Below, one piece after another: positions 1-9,572 of a stretch of DNA of 64,000 bases. Every line of letters starts with the position of its first letter. The first letter of the stretch is position 1. The notes below the pieces were generated by a model. The model ran no database searches and was not told the DNA's origin. It was given only the letters and a program-made list of their open reading frames with translations. Source of the stretch: Lachnospiraceae bacterium (GTDB taxonomy: Bacteria; Bacillota; Clostridia; Lachnospirales; Lachnospiraceae). Location: contig JAEENL010000175.1 in the NCBI GenBank assembly GCA_016283775.1, positions 30,766-94,765 of the forward strand, in the 5' to 3' direction. The translations under genes and the position numbers were made by a program.

Positions 1-528
1 TATGCCACCGCCGTATCGGACACCGACGGAGTGTACGTTGTCCCCGCATTTACGGGACTCGGCGCGCCATACTGGAACCAGTACGCGAGAGGCACCGTGG
101 TCGGCATCACACGAGGCTGCACTAAAGAGCATTTTGTGCGCGCTACGCTTGAATCGATAGACTATCAGGTTTACAGTGTTCTCCGCGCTATGGAAAAAGA
201 TACGGGAAACAAGCTTACCGGGCTCAAGGTGGACGGAGGCGCGAGCGCCAATGATTTCCTCATGCAGTTCCAGGCGGACATCCTCACGGAAAACGTATTC
301 CGCCCGGCATGTATTGAGACCACCGCACTCGGCGCGGCTTACCTTGCGGGATTGTCGGCCGGCTTCTGGAAAGACAAAGACGAGATAAAGAACAACTGGA
401 AACTCAGCCGCACCTTTACTCCCTCAATGGACGACAAACACAGAAGACAGCTTCTCCACGGCTGGAACAAAGCTGTCCGCGCTGCGCTCGCCTGGCAGGA
501 AGAGGTCCCGGAGGACGATTTCTTTTAG
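1..528 (+). CDS. glpK: Glycerol kinase, C-terminal fragment (5' end outside window)
   Basis: Frame 1 is open from base 1. The translation [22 protein letters not shown]...[19 protein letters not shown]...[12 protein letters not shown] matches the FGGY-family glycerol kinase C-terminal signature. Confidence 0.9.
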   Translation, partial: YATAVSDTDGVYVVPAFTGLGAPYWNQYARGTVVGITRGCTKEHFVRATLESIDYQVYSVLRAMEKDTGNKLTGLKVDGGASANDFLMQFQADILTENVFRPACIETTALGAAYLAGLSAGFWKDKDEIKNNWKLSRTFTPSMDDKHRRQLLHGWNKAVRAALAWQEEVPEDDFF

Positions 529-559
529 ATGAGATGTGCCGTGGGGCACACGGATTTTG

Positions 560-1945
560 ATGAACAGAGAGCAATCAAAGAAATATGAGATAGACATGGC
601 GACAGGACCTTTGTTTTCAAAGATGCTGTTGTTCACCATACCGCTCATCCTGTCGAGCATTCTGCAGCTTTTGTTCAATGCCGCCGACATGATAGTCGCG
701 GGTAAATTTGCCGGAGCGAACGCTCTTGCTTCCATAAGCGCCACGAGTTCGCTTACAAACCTCATCGTGAATCTTTTTATCGGACTCTCGGTGGGCGCGA
801 ACGTGCTGATCGCAAAGTACTATGGACAGAAGGAAGAAAAAGGCATATCCGATACAGTCCATACCGCAGTGATGATAAGCATTGTGTCGGGCGCATTTCT
901 CGCGGTTTTCGGCATGATCGTCGCAAGGCCGCTTTTGCTCCTCATGGAGACTCCCGAGGATGTAATAGACGGCGCCGTGACCTATATGAGGATATACTTT
1001 GCGGGAATGCCCGTGATCATGCTCTACAACTTCACCTCAGCCATTCTGAGGGCTGTCGGTGACACGAGACGACCTCTCATATACCTTTCGTTTGCGGGCC
1101 TCATAAATGTCGTCCTGAACCTCTATTTCGTGATAGTGCTCCATATCGGAGTCGCGGGAGTGGCGATAGCAACGGTCGTTTCGCAGACCATTTCCGCTTT
1201 CCTCGTGCTGAGGGCGCTCGTGCTGTATGACGGTGCGCTGAAACTCGTGATAAAGGATTTAAGGATCAACGGGCGGACGCTTTTGCAGATGTTAAAGATC
1301 GGCCTTCCGGCAGGCCTTCAGGGGACGCTTTTTTCCATTTCAAACGTTCTGATACAGTCCTCGATCAACTCGTTCGGCTCCGCGGCAATGGCGGGAAACG
1401 CCGCAGCGGTAAACCTCGAAGGCTTTGTATATGTCGGGATGAATTCGTTCCACCATACATCGCTTTCGTTCACGGGGCAGAACTACGGAAGAGGCGAATA
1501 CAAGAGGATCAAAAAAGTGCTCATCTATGCGCTTTTCTTTACCTCATTCGTGGGACTTCTGCTCGGATGGAGCGCATATCTTCTGCGTTATCCGCTGCTC
1601 TCGATCTATGTGAGGAAAGAGCCCAACGTGGATGAGATAATCGGATACGGCGTGATCCGAATGACGGTGATCATGACCACCTATTTCACCTGCGGCACAA
1701 TGGATGTGCTTGTCGGAGCGCTGAGGGGCCTTGGGCATTCGATCCTTCCCATGATATCCACGCTCACATGCGTGTGCGGACTGAGGATACTCTGGATCTA
1801 CACCGTTTTCAAGCAGTTCAGGTCGCTCGAAGTCCTGTACGCGTCCTATCCGCTTTCCTGGATGCTCGCGACACTCGTGCATATAGTGAGCTATATAATA
1901 GTCTATTCACGGGTCAAAAAACAATTGATGTCGAAAGGTCTTTAA
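560..1945 (+). CDS. MATE family efflux transporter
   Basis: Polytopic hydrophobic ORF with a MATE-type N-terminus (ATGPLFSKMLLFTIPLILSSILQLLFNAADMIVAG) and two similar halves. ATG 560 is preferred over ATG 536. Confidence 0.85.
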   Translation: MNREQSKKYEIDMATGPLFSKMLLFTIPLILSSILQLLFNAADMIVAGKFAGANALASISATSSLTNLIVNLFIGLSVGANVLIAKYYGQKEEKGISDTVHTAVMISIVSGAFLAVFGMIVARPLLLLMETPEDVIDGAVTYMRIYFAGMPVIMLYNFTSAILRAVGDTRRPLIYLSFAGLINVVLNLYFVIVLHIGVAGVAIATVVSQTISAFLVLRALVLYDGALKLVIKDLRINGRTLLQMLKIGLPAGLQGTLFSISNVLIQSSINSFGSAAMAGNAAAVNLEGFVYVGMNSFHHTSLSFTGQNYGRGEYKRIKKVLIYALFFTSFVGLLLGWSAYLLRYPLLSIYVRKEPNVDEIIGYGVIRMTVIMTTYFTCGTMDVLVGALRGLGHSILPMISTLTCVCGLRILWIYTVFKQFRSLEVLYASYPLSWMLATLVHIVSYIIVYSRVKKQLMSKGL

Positions 1946-1951
1946 TGCCAC

Positions 1952-3028
1952 ATGAAAAAGATATTGCTTACAGGCGGCGGCACAGCCGGCCATGTCACAC
2001 CAAATCTCGCGCTCGTTCCGAGGCTCAGGGCCGAGGGCTATGAGATAGTATATGTCGGGTCATACAAGGGAATAGAAAAGGATCTCATCGAGGCGGAAGG
2101 CATAAAGTATTACGGCATTTCTTCCGGAAAACTCAGGAGATACTTTGACCTTAAAAATTTTTCCGACCCGTTCAAGGTCCTCAAAGGCTATTTTGAGGCA
2201 AAAAAGGTGATCAGAAAAGAACGTCCGGACATAGTGTTCTCAAAAGGCGGTTTTGTTGCGGTGCCTGTTGTCTATGCGGCGACCCGTTACAAGGTGCCAA
2301 GCATAATCCACGAATCCGATATCACACCGGGACTAGCAAACAAACTGTGCTTTAAAAAAGCCGAAAAGATCTGCGCCAATTTCCCGGAGACCATAAAATA
2401 CCTGCCTTCCGGCAAAGCCGTGCTCTCAGGATCGCCCATACGCGAAAAGCTGTTCAAGGGAAGCCGCGAGCGTGGACTCAAGTTTACAGGGCTTTCCGGA
2501 AACAAGCAGATCATTCTTGTTGTGGGCGGAAGCACCGGCGCAGTTCGTGTAAACGACGCCATAAGGGACATTCTTCCTACACTTCTCCGCGACTATGATA
2601 TCATCCATCTTTGCGGAAAAGGAAAGACCGACGACGAGTACAACAACACTGAAGGCTACAGGCAGTATGAGTTTATAGGGCCCGAACTGCCTGACATCCT
2701 TGCTGCCGCGGATATAGTCATTTCCCGTGCCGGCGCAAATTCGCTCTGCGAACTCCTTGCGCTCACAAAGCCGCACATCCTGATACCGCTTTCCGCGGAA
2801 GCCAGCCGCGGCGACCAGATCCTCAACGCCGAATCCTTTGAGCATCAGGGCTTTTCCTATGTCCTTCGTGAGGAAAACCTTACAAATGAGGAACTTTTAA
2901 AGGCTGTGCGCTATGTGAACGACAACCGTGCAAAGCTTGTCAAGGCTATGAGGGAGAGCAAGCAGGGAAATGCGATAGATACGATAGTGAACCTCATTGA
3001 AACATGCAGGAGGAAGACAGGAGCGTAA
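1952..3028 (+). CDS. murG: UDP-GlcNAc:lipid I N-acetylglucosaminyltransferase MurG (GT28)
   Basis: N-terminal G-loop LLTGGGTAGHVTPNLAL, central GGSTGA and C-terminal ISRAGANSLCELLAL...IPL are typical of MurG. Confidence 0.9.
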   Translation: MKKILLTGGGTAGHVTPNLALVPRLRAEGYEIVYVGSYKGIEKDLIEAEGIKYYGISSGKLRRYFDLKNFSDPFKVLKGYFEAKKVIRKERPDIVFSKGGFVAVPVVYAATRYKVPSIIHESDITPGLANKLCFKKAEKICANFPETIKYLPSGKAVLSGSPIREKLFKGSRERGLKFTGLSGNKQIILVVGGSTGAVRVNDAIRDILPTLLRDYDIIHLCGKGKTDDEYNNTEGYRQYEFIGPELPDILAAADIVISRAGANSLCELLALTKPHILIPLSAEASRGDQILNAESFEHQGFSYVLREENLTNEELLKAVRYVNDNRAKLVKAMRESKQGNAIDTIVNLIETCRRKTGA

Positions 3029-4593
3029 TGTCGTACACCGCTTTATATCGAAAATTCCGTCCGGCGACATTTGATGATGTCAAAGGGCAGGATCATATAG
3101 TCACCACGCTGAAAAACCAGATAAAGGCCGACAGGATAGGGCACGCTTTTCTTTTCTGCGGCACACGAGGCGTCGGAAAAACAACGATCGCAAAGATCCT
3201 CGCAAAAGCGGTAAACTGCGAGTCGCCCGTGGACGGCGGCCCATGCGGTGAATGCGCGACCTGCAGAGCGATCGCTGCGGGCACGTCCATGAACGTTATT
3301 GAGATCGATGCCGCGTCAAACAACGGCGTGGACAACATCCGTGAGATCATCGATGAAGTGCAGTATTCGCCCACAGAAGGGAAATACAAGGTCTACATCA
3401 TAGACGAGGTACACATGCTCTCGCCGGGCGCTTTCAACGCACTGCTAAAGACGCTCGAAGAGCCGCCGTCATATGTCATCTTTATCCTTGCGACGACAGA
3501 GGCGCACAAGATCCCCGTTACCATCCTTTCAAGGTGCCAGCGCTATGATTTTAAGCGCGCCACTGTGGATGACGTGGCATCAAGACTTCGCACGCTTGTT
3601 GATGCGGAGGGGGTAAAGGCGGAAGAAAAGGCACTCAGGTGCATAGCCGTAAAGGCGGACGGATCCTTCAGAGACGGTATCAGTCTTTTGGACCAGTGCA
3701 TAGCATTTTTCCTCGGGCAGGAACTGAAATACGACAGAGTGCTCGACGTGCTCGGAGCAGTGGACACCGCGACCTTCGGAGGGCTTGTGACCGCTATAAG
3801 GAAGGGCGATGTGAAACGTTGTCTTGAGATACTTGAAGGAGCGGTGATGCAGGGCAGGGAGCTCACGCAGTTTGTCGTGGATCTCACCTGGTTTTTGAGA
3901 AATCTTCTTGTCGCAAAGGCGGAGGGCTCCGCGGACAATGTCCTCGACATACCGAGCGACTATCTTCCGCAGTTCATGCAGGAGGTCAGCGCAAATTCGG
4001 AAGAGACTTTGTCGCGCTATATCAGGATACTTTCAAATCTCTCAAACGATTTGAGATTTTCTTCGCAAAAGCGCGTGCTCACGGAGGTGGCGCTGATAAA
4101 GCTCTGCCGCCCCGAAACAGAGGCTACGAACGACTCTGTGAACGAGCGCATGGAACGCCTTGAAAATGAGATAAAGAGCGGCGTGATCCGCCTTCCGAGT
4201 GCTGCGGCGCCTGTAAAACCGGAAGGACCGCAGGAGGCCGAAGAGGAGCCTGCGCCTGTTTACACAAAGGCGGTTCCCGAGGATCTTCAGGAGATAGCGA
4301 AAAGATGGCGCGAGATCGTAAAGGCTTTTAAAGGGCCTGTCAAAGAAGCGCTGTCGATCTGCAAGGTCAGCGTGACCGAGGATGACAAGCTCCTTCTCAT
4401 ATTTGCGGACGACTTTTCATACAGCTATGTGGCAGAACCTCCGGAAACACTGGAGGAGGTGGCCGGAAAGATCGCAGAGATAACCGGAAAGACAGTGGAT
4501 ATCGAGCTGAAGCTTGTCCAGTCAAAGAAAGAGAGCAAGGGCTTCCCGGATCTTGTAAAAATGTTCAAGGACATACCGGTAGAGGTCGTATAA
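3028..4593 (+). CDS. dnaX: DNA polymerase III subunit gamma/tau
   Basis: Walker A GTRGVGKTT, DEVHMLS box, zinc module CGECATC and sensor LSRCQRYDF. ATG 3028 (MSYTALYRKFRP) is preferred over ATG 3004, which overlaps murG. Confidence 0.9.
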   Translation: MSYTALYRKFRPATFDDVKGQDHIVTTLKNQIKADRIGHAFLFCGTRGVGKTTIAKILAKAVNCESPVDGGPCGECATCRAIAAGTSMNVIEIDAASNNGVDNIREIIDEVQYSPTEGKYKVYIIDEVHMLSPGAFNALLKTLEEPPSYVIFILATTEAHKIPVTILSRCQRYDFKRATVDDVASRLRTLVDAEGVKAEEKALRCIAVKADGSFRDGISLLDQCIAFFLGQELKYDRVLDVLGAVDTATFGGLVTAIRKGDVKRCLEILEGAVMQGRELTQFVVDLTWFLRNLLVAKAEGSADNVLDIPSDYLPQFMQEVSANSEETLSRYIRILSNLSNDLRFSSQKRVLTEVALIKLCRPETEATNDSVNERMERLENEIKSGVIRLPSAAAPVKPEGPQEAEEEPAPVYTKAVPEDLQEIAKRWREIVKAFKGPVKEALSICKVSVTEDDKLLLIFADDFSYSYVAEPPETLEEVAGKIAEITGKTVDIELKLVQSKKESKGFPDLVKMFKDIPVEVV

Positions 4594-4638
4594 AAACAGG
4601 ATATTTTAACAAATATAACTGAACAGGAGAACGAACAA

Positions 4639-5013
4639 ATGGGCAAAAAAGGTGGATTTATGGGCGGCGGCATGCCGGGAAACATGAGCAATCTCATGAA
4701 GCAGGCACAGAGGATGCAGCGCCAGATGGAGCAGCAGCAGGCAGAGGCCGAGGCAAAACTCGCCGATCTTGCAAATCAGCAGTTTACGGCATCAGCCGGC
4801 GGCGGAGCTGTCACCGTGACTTTTACGGGCGACGGAAAGCTTTCGGGCGTTAAGATATCTCCCGATGCGCTCGATCCCGATGACGCAGAGACACTTGAAG
4901 AAATGATAACCGTAGCCGTAAATGACGGCCTTGCCAAGGTACAGGCAGCGGTGGACGAGATCGAAAAGAGCGCGGGCAGCGGAATGAACGGCCTCAGCGG
5001 ATTTGGATTCTGA
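4639..5013 (+). CDS. ybaB: YbaB/EbfC family nucleoid-associated protein
   Basis: 124 aa with a Q/M-rich N-terminus followed by [34 protein letters not shown]...LEEMI. Sits in the conserved dnaX-ybaB-recR order. Confidence 0.85.
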   Translation: MGKKGGFMGGGMPGNMSNLMKQAQRMQRQMEQQQAEAEAKLADLANQQFTASAGGGAVTVTFTGDGKLSGVKISPDALDPDDAETLEEMITVAVNDGLAKVQAAVDEIEKSAGSGMNGLSGFGF

Positions 5014-5609
5014 TGGAATATTATAGTAACCACATCAACAAGCTTATAGAGTCTTTTGCTGCGCTGCCGGGTATAGGCACAAAGACGGCGCAGCGGCTGG
5101 CGTTCCATGTGATCAACATGCCGGAGGACGATGTGCAGGCGCTTGCCGATTCGATCATCGGCGCGAGGAAAAACGTGCAGTACTGCAAATGCTGCTGCAC
5201 ACTTACCGACAAAGATATATGCCCCATCTGCTCCAGTCCCGAAAGAGACAAAAAGACCATCATGGTGGTGGAAAACTCCAGGGATCTTGCGGCATACGAA
5301 AAGACAGGAAAATACAAAGGAGTCTATCATGTGCTGCAGGGCGCCATTTCCCCCATGCTCGGGATAACGCCGGCAGATTTGAGGATAAAGGAACTGCTTG
5401 AAAGACTGAAAGGTGACGTTAACGAAGTCATCATCGCTACAAACTCAGGGATCGAGGGCGAGGCAACGGCGATGTACTTAAGCCGTCTGATAAAGCCCAT
5501 AGGGATCAGGACCACCAGGATCGCGAGCGGCGTTCCGGTGGGCGGAGACCTTGAATATATTGACGAAGTGACGTTGCTTCGCGCACTTGACGGAAGAACG
5601 GAATTGTAG
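5013..5609 (+). CDS. recR: Recombination protein RecR
   Basis: Hh[17 protein letters not shown]4 zinc finger CKCC...CPIC and a Toprim region ([13 protein letters not shown]). The start overlaps the ybaB stop (TGATG). Confidence 0.92.
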   Translation: MEYYSNHINKLIESFAALPGIGTKTAQRLAFHVINMPEDDVQALADSIIGARKNVQYCKCCCTLTDKDICPICSSPERDKKTIMVVENSRDLAAYEKTGKYKGVYHVLQGAISPMLGITPADLRIKELLERLKGDVNEVIIATNSGIEGEATAMYLSRLIKPIGIRTTRIASGVPVGGDLEYIDEVTLLRALDGRTEL

Positions 5610-5667
5610 ATCGTGTCAGGGCCGGTCACAAAAGGGTGACAAAGCGCTCTGGGAAAGGGAGACAATT

Positions 5668-6951
5668 ATGGCGGAATCGATACTTCATGGCGGTAGAGAA
5701 GAACTGTTGACACTTCGTGAGAGAGTTGTCGAGGCAGAGGCTGACAGAATCAAGGTAGACGAGCTTTTAAAGGAACAGTCTTCGCTTTCTAAAGATATTG
5801 ACGCAAGGCGGAAGGCGATGAACAACGAGATCGACCAGACCATCAGGCAGAGGAAGGCCGAGATCGAGAACGCTTACGACAAGGAGATCACGGAACTCAA
5901 CAAAAACAGGAAAAAGATCGTTGACGACAAGCAGAAGGAAAAGTCTGTCAAGGTTTCGGAAAAGGTGGTTCATGAAACAGAGAGCCATCATGAAAAGATC
6001 AAAGCGCTGAACCTTGAGATCCGTGCTGTCGCCAGGGAAAACAAGATCCCCGGGATATGCCGTTACAGGATATTCTATGCGCTCTTTATGCCAAGGACAT
6101 TTGCGGATGTCTGCATTTCCATCGTTGCATTCATCTTCCTGTTCCTGCTCGTTCCGTGCGCGATCTATACACTGCTTGACGGAAAGCCGTTCGGACCGAC
6201 GCTCACGCCCGCATTTGTATATGCTATCTGCATAATCGTTTTCGGCGGCATCTATGTGCTCGTAAACAACCTCATCAAAGACAAGCACCACGCCGAGATC
6301 AAAAAGATAATCGCTCTCCGTAAAGAGATCGCCCTTACGAACAAAGAGATAAAGCGCATAAAACGCGGCATTGAGAAGAGCAAGGATGAGTCTGAATATG
6401 GTCTTGAAGCATATGACAACGAGATCAGCGAGATGGACAGCAAGCTTTCGGGCTTAAGCGAAGAGCAGCGCGCCGCGCTTGAAGTGTTCAACCGTGAGAC
6501 AAAGGGCGTCGTTACCGATGAGATAAAAGGCCGCTATGAGCCCGAGATCAACAAGATGAAGGAGAGATTTGACGAAGCTGCCGCAGAACAGAAGCAGATA
6601 TCCGAAAAACTCCGCAATGAATCACTCGAGCTTTCCAGAAACTATGAGGCGCAGCTCGGCAAGAGCAACATGACCATCACAACGATAGACAAGCTTCTCG
6701 CAATCTTTGACGAAGGCCGTGCGAACACTGTTGCCGAAGCCATCACCGTCATGAATGAGGACGCGAGCGGAAAGACAGCGAAGGATACTGCAGCAGAGCC
6801 TGCCGAGGCAGCGGAGGGAGAGCCGTCTCAAGCGGAAACCGAGACAGTGGCAGATGCTGTTGAAAACGAGATTGCGACAGAGACTGCTCCCGAATATGAG
6901 CAGACAAACACAACTGAAATTCCCGATAACACAGAGCAGAACAATTTCTGA
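5668..6951 (+). CDS. Hypothetical coiled-coil membrane protein with acidic C-terminal tail
   Basis: ATG 5668 follows a GGGAAAGGGAG Shine-Dalgarno sequence (SD). Long K/E-rich heptad-like segments flank two central hydrophobic helices (VCISIVAFIFLFLLVPCAIY, FVYAICIIVFGGIYVLV). The tail is E/T/A-rich. No family recognised. Confidence 0.6.
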   Translation: MAESILHGGREELLTLRERVVEAEADRIKVDELLKEQSSLSKDIDARRKAMNNEIDQTIRQRKAEIENAYDKEITELNKNRKKIVDDKQKEKSVKVSEKVVHETESHHEKIKALNLEIRAVARENKIPGICRYRIFYALFMPRTFADVCISIVAFIFLFLLVPCAIYTLLDGKPFGPTLTPAFVYAICIIVFGGIYVLVNNLIKDKHHAEIKKIIALRKEIALTNKEIKRIKRGIEKSKDESEYGLEAYDNEISEMDSKLSGLSEEQRAALEVFNRETKGVVTDEIKGRYEPEINKMKERFDEAAAEQKQISEKLRNESLELSRNYEAQLGKSNMTITTIDKLLAIFDEGRANTVAEAITVMNEDASGKTAKDTAAEPAEAAEGEPSQAETETVADAVENEIATETAPEYEQTNTTEIPDNTEQNNF

Positions 6952-6960
6952 TCCGGAACG

Positions 6961-7005
6961 AAAAAACAGAGGGCGTCTTAAGGCGTCCTCTGCTTGTTTT
7001 TTTTT
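6961..7005. terminator. Bidirectional intrinsic terminator between convergent genes
   Basis: An 11-bp stem pairs 6967-6977 (CAGAGGGCGTC) with 6982-6992 (GGCGTCCTCTG) around a TTAA loop. An A-run (6961-6966) lies upstream and a T-run (6996-7005) downstream. Confidence 0.7.
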
Positions 7006-7011
7006 CAGTTT

Positions 7012-7797
7012 TCATACTGTCATGAACAGTCCCATGGTGAACACGACCAGAATGGCTACCGGAATAGCTATATAGCCCATCTTGCGCTTAAAAAGCTCCC
7101 AGTCGGAGGGGACGGCAGCCGCAGGATTGTGGACACTGAAACCCAGTTTCAAGCGGAACAGCTCATCCTCGAAAAGGATGGAAAGCACGTTGTAGACACT
7201 TATGATCACGCCGAGAATGTAAAATGTAGGAAAGCACCGCCTGACGATCTGAGGGTCCTTTACAAGACTTATGATGTCAAAGACCGAGGGCATGACGGGA
7301 TCGTAAGTGAGACCGCTGTCAAAAGTATCTGGTCTTTTGTCTACGTCAATGTTGGAAAACAGCAATTCACCGTTTGTATCACAGAGTATGTATCCGACAG
7401 TGCTTATCCTGTACAGCCCGCCGCGAAAGAGAAGGTCATCCCCCTGATAAATGCAGACGCCTTCCACATACTGCTGTACCCTTTTTTCGGAAAGCGGGGA
7501 GGAGGCAGGAATGACAGTGGGATCTGAAACAATCCTGTACGGGGCATATTCCTTGCCGTCATACCTGTAATATAAAGTCCCGTCGGGACGTACCGTAAGC
7601 ACGGCTTCCTTCAGATCGATCCAGCCGGAATATACTGTATTTCCGTTTTCCTCGCTCTTTACAAAAAACTTGTCTTTGTACAGAACGCCCACGCGGTTGT
7701 AACTGATAATGTAGAGCACCGCAAAGACCACGACCATGACCACCGAAGCGATCATGCCGGCCTTTTGCAGGGCGCTTGATTCTTTAAACCGATCCAT
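7012..7797 (-). CDS. Hypothetical membrane protein
   Basis: 261-aa ORF with an N-terminal TM (MIASVVMVVVFAVLYIISY), a soluble middle and C-terminal TMs. No recognisable catalytic motif. Confidence 0.55.
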   Translation of the reverse strand: MDRFKESSALQKAGMIASVVMVVVFAVLYIISYNRVGVLYKDKFFVKSEENGNTVYSGWIDLKEAVLTVRPDGTLYYRYDGKEYAPYRIVSDPTVIPASSPLSEKRVQQYVEGVCIYQGDDLLFRGGLYRISTVGYILCDTNGELLFSNIDVDKRPDTFDSGLTYDPVMPSVFDIISLVKDPQIVRRCFPTFYILGVIISVYNVLSILFEDELFRLKLGFSVHNPAAAVPSDWELFKRKMGYIAIPVAILVVFTMGLFMTV

Positions 7798-7799
7798 AG

Positions 7800-8759
7800 T
7801 TATTTCTGGAGAAGATGGATCTTGAAGCCTGCAAAATCGTCCTTAAGGTAGATGCGGACCATCTTGTCGTTCTTGTAGATCGCGGAATCCTTGTCAAACT
7901 CAAAGCCCTGCATCTCCATGTGGTAGATGGCTCTCTCGATATAGTTGGTGCCGATGGCGAGATGGCCGTGTGTGCCGGGGCCGGGAGTTTTGTTGAGCTC
8001 GATCGCGGAGCTTGCAAAAATGCTGCTGTTTCCGATCTTTGACTCAAATCCGAAGAACTGCTCAAACATCTTTGCGGTCTTAAGAGCCTGCTCTTCGTTC
8101 TCGCAGTTGATGCCGACATGCTTAAGTTCAAATCCGAGCATGGTCCTTACTGCTTCCTTTGTGAGGCGTTTGATCTCGTCGAAGTTGCCTTCTTTTATGA
8201 GGTCGCCCTTTACCATCCAGGAACCTCCGCATGCAACGATCTTCGGGAAGTCAAGGTAATCCTTGAGATTTGCGGCATTTACGCCGCCTGTGGGCATGAA
8301 GCGCACATTGGTGTAAGGAGCTGCCATTGCCTTGATCTTTGCGATGCCGCCGGACTGCTCGGCAGGGAAGAATTTTACAACGTCGAGGCCGAGTTCAAGA
8401 GCTGCTTCGATGTCTGTGGGACTTGATGTGCCGGGGGTGATCGGAACGCCCTTTTCCTGGCAGTAACGTACTACCTTGGGATTGAGTCCGGGGCTTACGA
8501 TGAACTTTGCGCCGGCGTTAACTGCTCTGTCCACCTGCTCTGTGGTGAGGACTGTGCCTGCGCCCACGAGCATTTCGGGGAACTCTTTGCTCATGATGCG
8601 GATGGATTCTTCTGCCGCATCTGTACGGAATGTTACCTCGGCAACGGGAAGACCGCCTTCGCAAAGCGCTTTTGCAAGAGGCGCGGCGTCTTTTGCGTCG
8701 TTAAGGACAACTACGGGGATGATTCCAAGTTTGGAAAACTGTTCAATGATGGGATGCAT
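7800..8759 (-). CDS. eda: KDPG/KHG aldolase fused to a C-terminal VOC/glyoxalase-like domain
   Basis: The N-terminal ~205 aa look like a class I Eda aldolase (IIPVVVLNDAKDA, LPVAEVTFRT, VVKFFPAE, PTGGV). The C-terminal ~110 aa (LKHVGINCENEEQA...GHLAIGTNYIERA) look VOC-like. Confidence 0.8.
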   Translation of the reverse strand: MHPIIEQFSKLGIIPVVVLNDAKDAAPLAKALCEGGLPVAEVTFRTDAAEESIRIMSKEFPEMLVGAGTVLTTEQVDRAVNAGAKFIVSPGLNPKVVRYCQEKGVPITPGTSSPTDIEAALELGLDVVKFFPAEQSGGIAKIKAMAAPYTNVRFMPTGGVNAANLKDYLDFPKIVACGGSWMVKGDLIKEGNFDEIKRLTKEAVRTMLGFELKHVGINCENEEQALKTAKMFEQFFGFESKIGNSSIFASSAIELNKTPGPGTHGHLAIGTNYIERAIYHMEMQGFEFDKDSAIYKNDKMVRIYLKDDFAGFKIHLLQK

Positions 8760-8801
8760 ATTTTTCTCCTTTAGTCATATTTGAAAGCGGGATGACCGCT
8801 G

Positions 8802-9572
8802 TCATTTCAAAAGTCCCAAGAGCCTCGCTGAAATGAAGTTGTGCTCATAGATGAAGTTGAGTAACGGGTTTGCGTTTATAAGTGAGAGCGTGCTCTGGCC
8901 GAATTCCGTGGTGCCGAGCATGGTGACGATGGTAAAGAAGAGCCACACGAGAAGGAGCCCTTCGAAAAGTCCCGCAGCGCCTCCGAGAACGGTGTTCAGC
9001 TGTTTGAGTCCCGGGATCTTTGTGATGAGGTTTAAGAGCTTTCCTACCACAAACACCACGATCGCCACGCCTATGAAGGTGATGAGGAAACCTACCGCGT
9101 TTACCACTGCTCCGGTGAGCACTTCGCATACATGGGCCTCGAGAGGCTTTAATTTCCCGCGGGCAAACTCGTCGGTATGTTTTGAAACATAATCCTTAAA
9201 GCCTTCGCTCTTTGTGACGGCTTTTCTGAGAGCCGAAGGAAGTCCAAAGCTTTCGAGCACCGCATCGACGTTGTTTGAAACGGCTTCTTCCGAATCGCCT
9301 TCAGCCGGCGCGTCCTTTGAGGACATTTTAGAGACGGCGTTGTCGTAAGCTTTTTCAAGATCCACAAAGCTATCGATCTTTTCGTAGACGCTCTTGTGGA
9401 AACTTTCGTTGTTTTTAAGCATATTTACAACGATAGGGCAGAGGATGATCGTGAGGACGATGATGAGAAAGGTGGCGAGCAGAGAATATATCGTGCTGGC
9501 AAAGCCCTTCACAAGTCCGTAGATCAGACCTCCCACAAGCAATATAAGTACAGTTATCAATAACCAGTTCAT
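8802..9572 (-). CDS. CvpA-like membrane protein
   Basis: The N-terminus MNWLLITVLILLVGGLIYGLVKGF and the multi-TM layout are typical of the CvpA family. Confidence 0.6.
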   Translation of the reverse strand: MNWLLITVLILLVGGLIYGLVKGFASTIYSLLATFLIIVLTIILCPIVVNMLKNNESFHKSVYEKIDSFVDLEKAYDNAVSKMSSKDAPAEGDSEEAVSNNVDAVLESFGLPSALRKAVTKSEGFKDYVSKHTDEFARGKLKPLEAHVCEVLTGAVVNAVGFLITFIGVAIVVFVVGKLLNLITKIPGLKQLNTVLGGAAGLFEGLLLVWLFFTIVTMLGTTEFGQSTLSLINANPLLNFIYEHNFISARLLGLLK

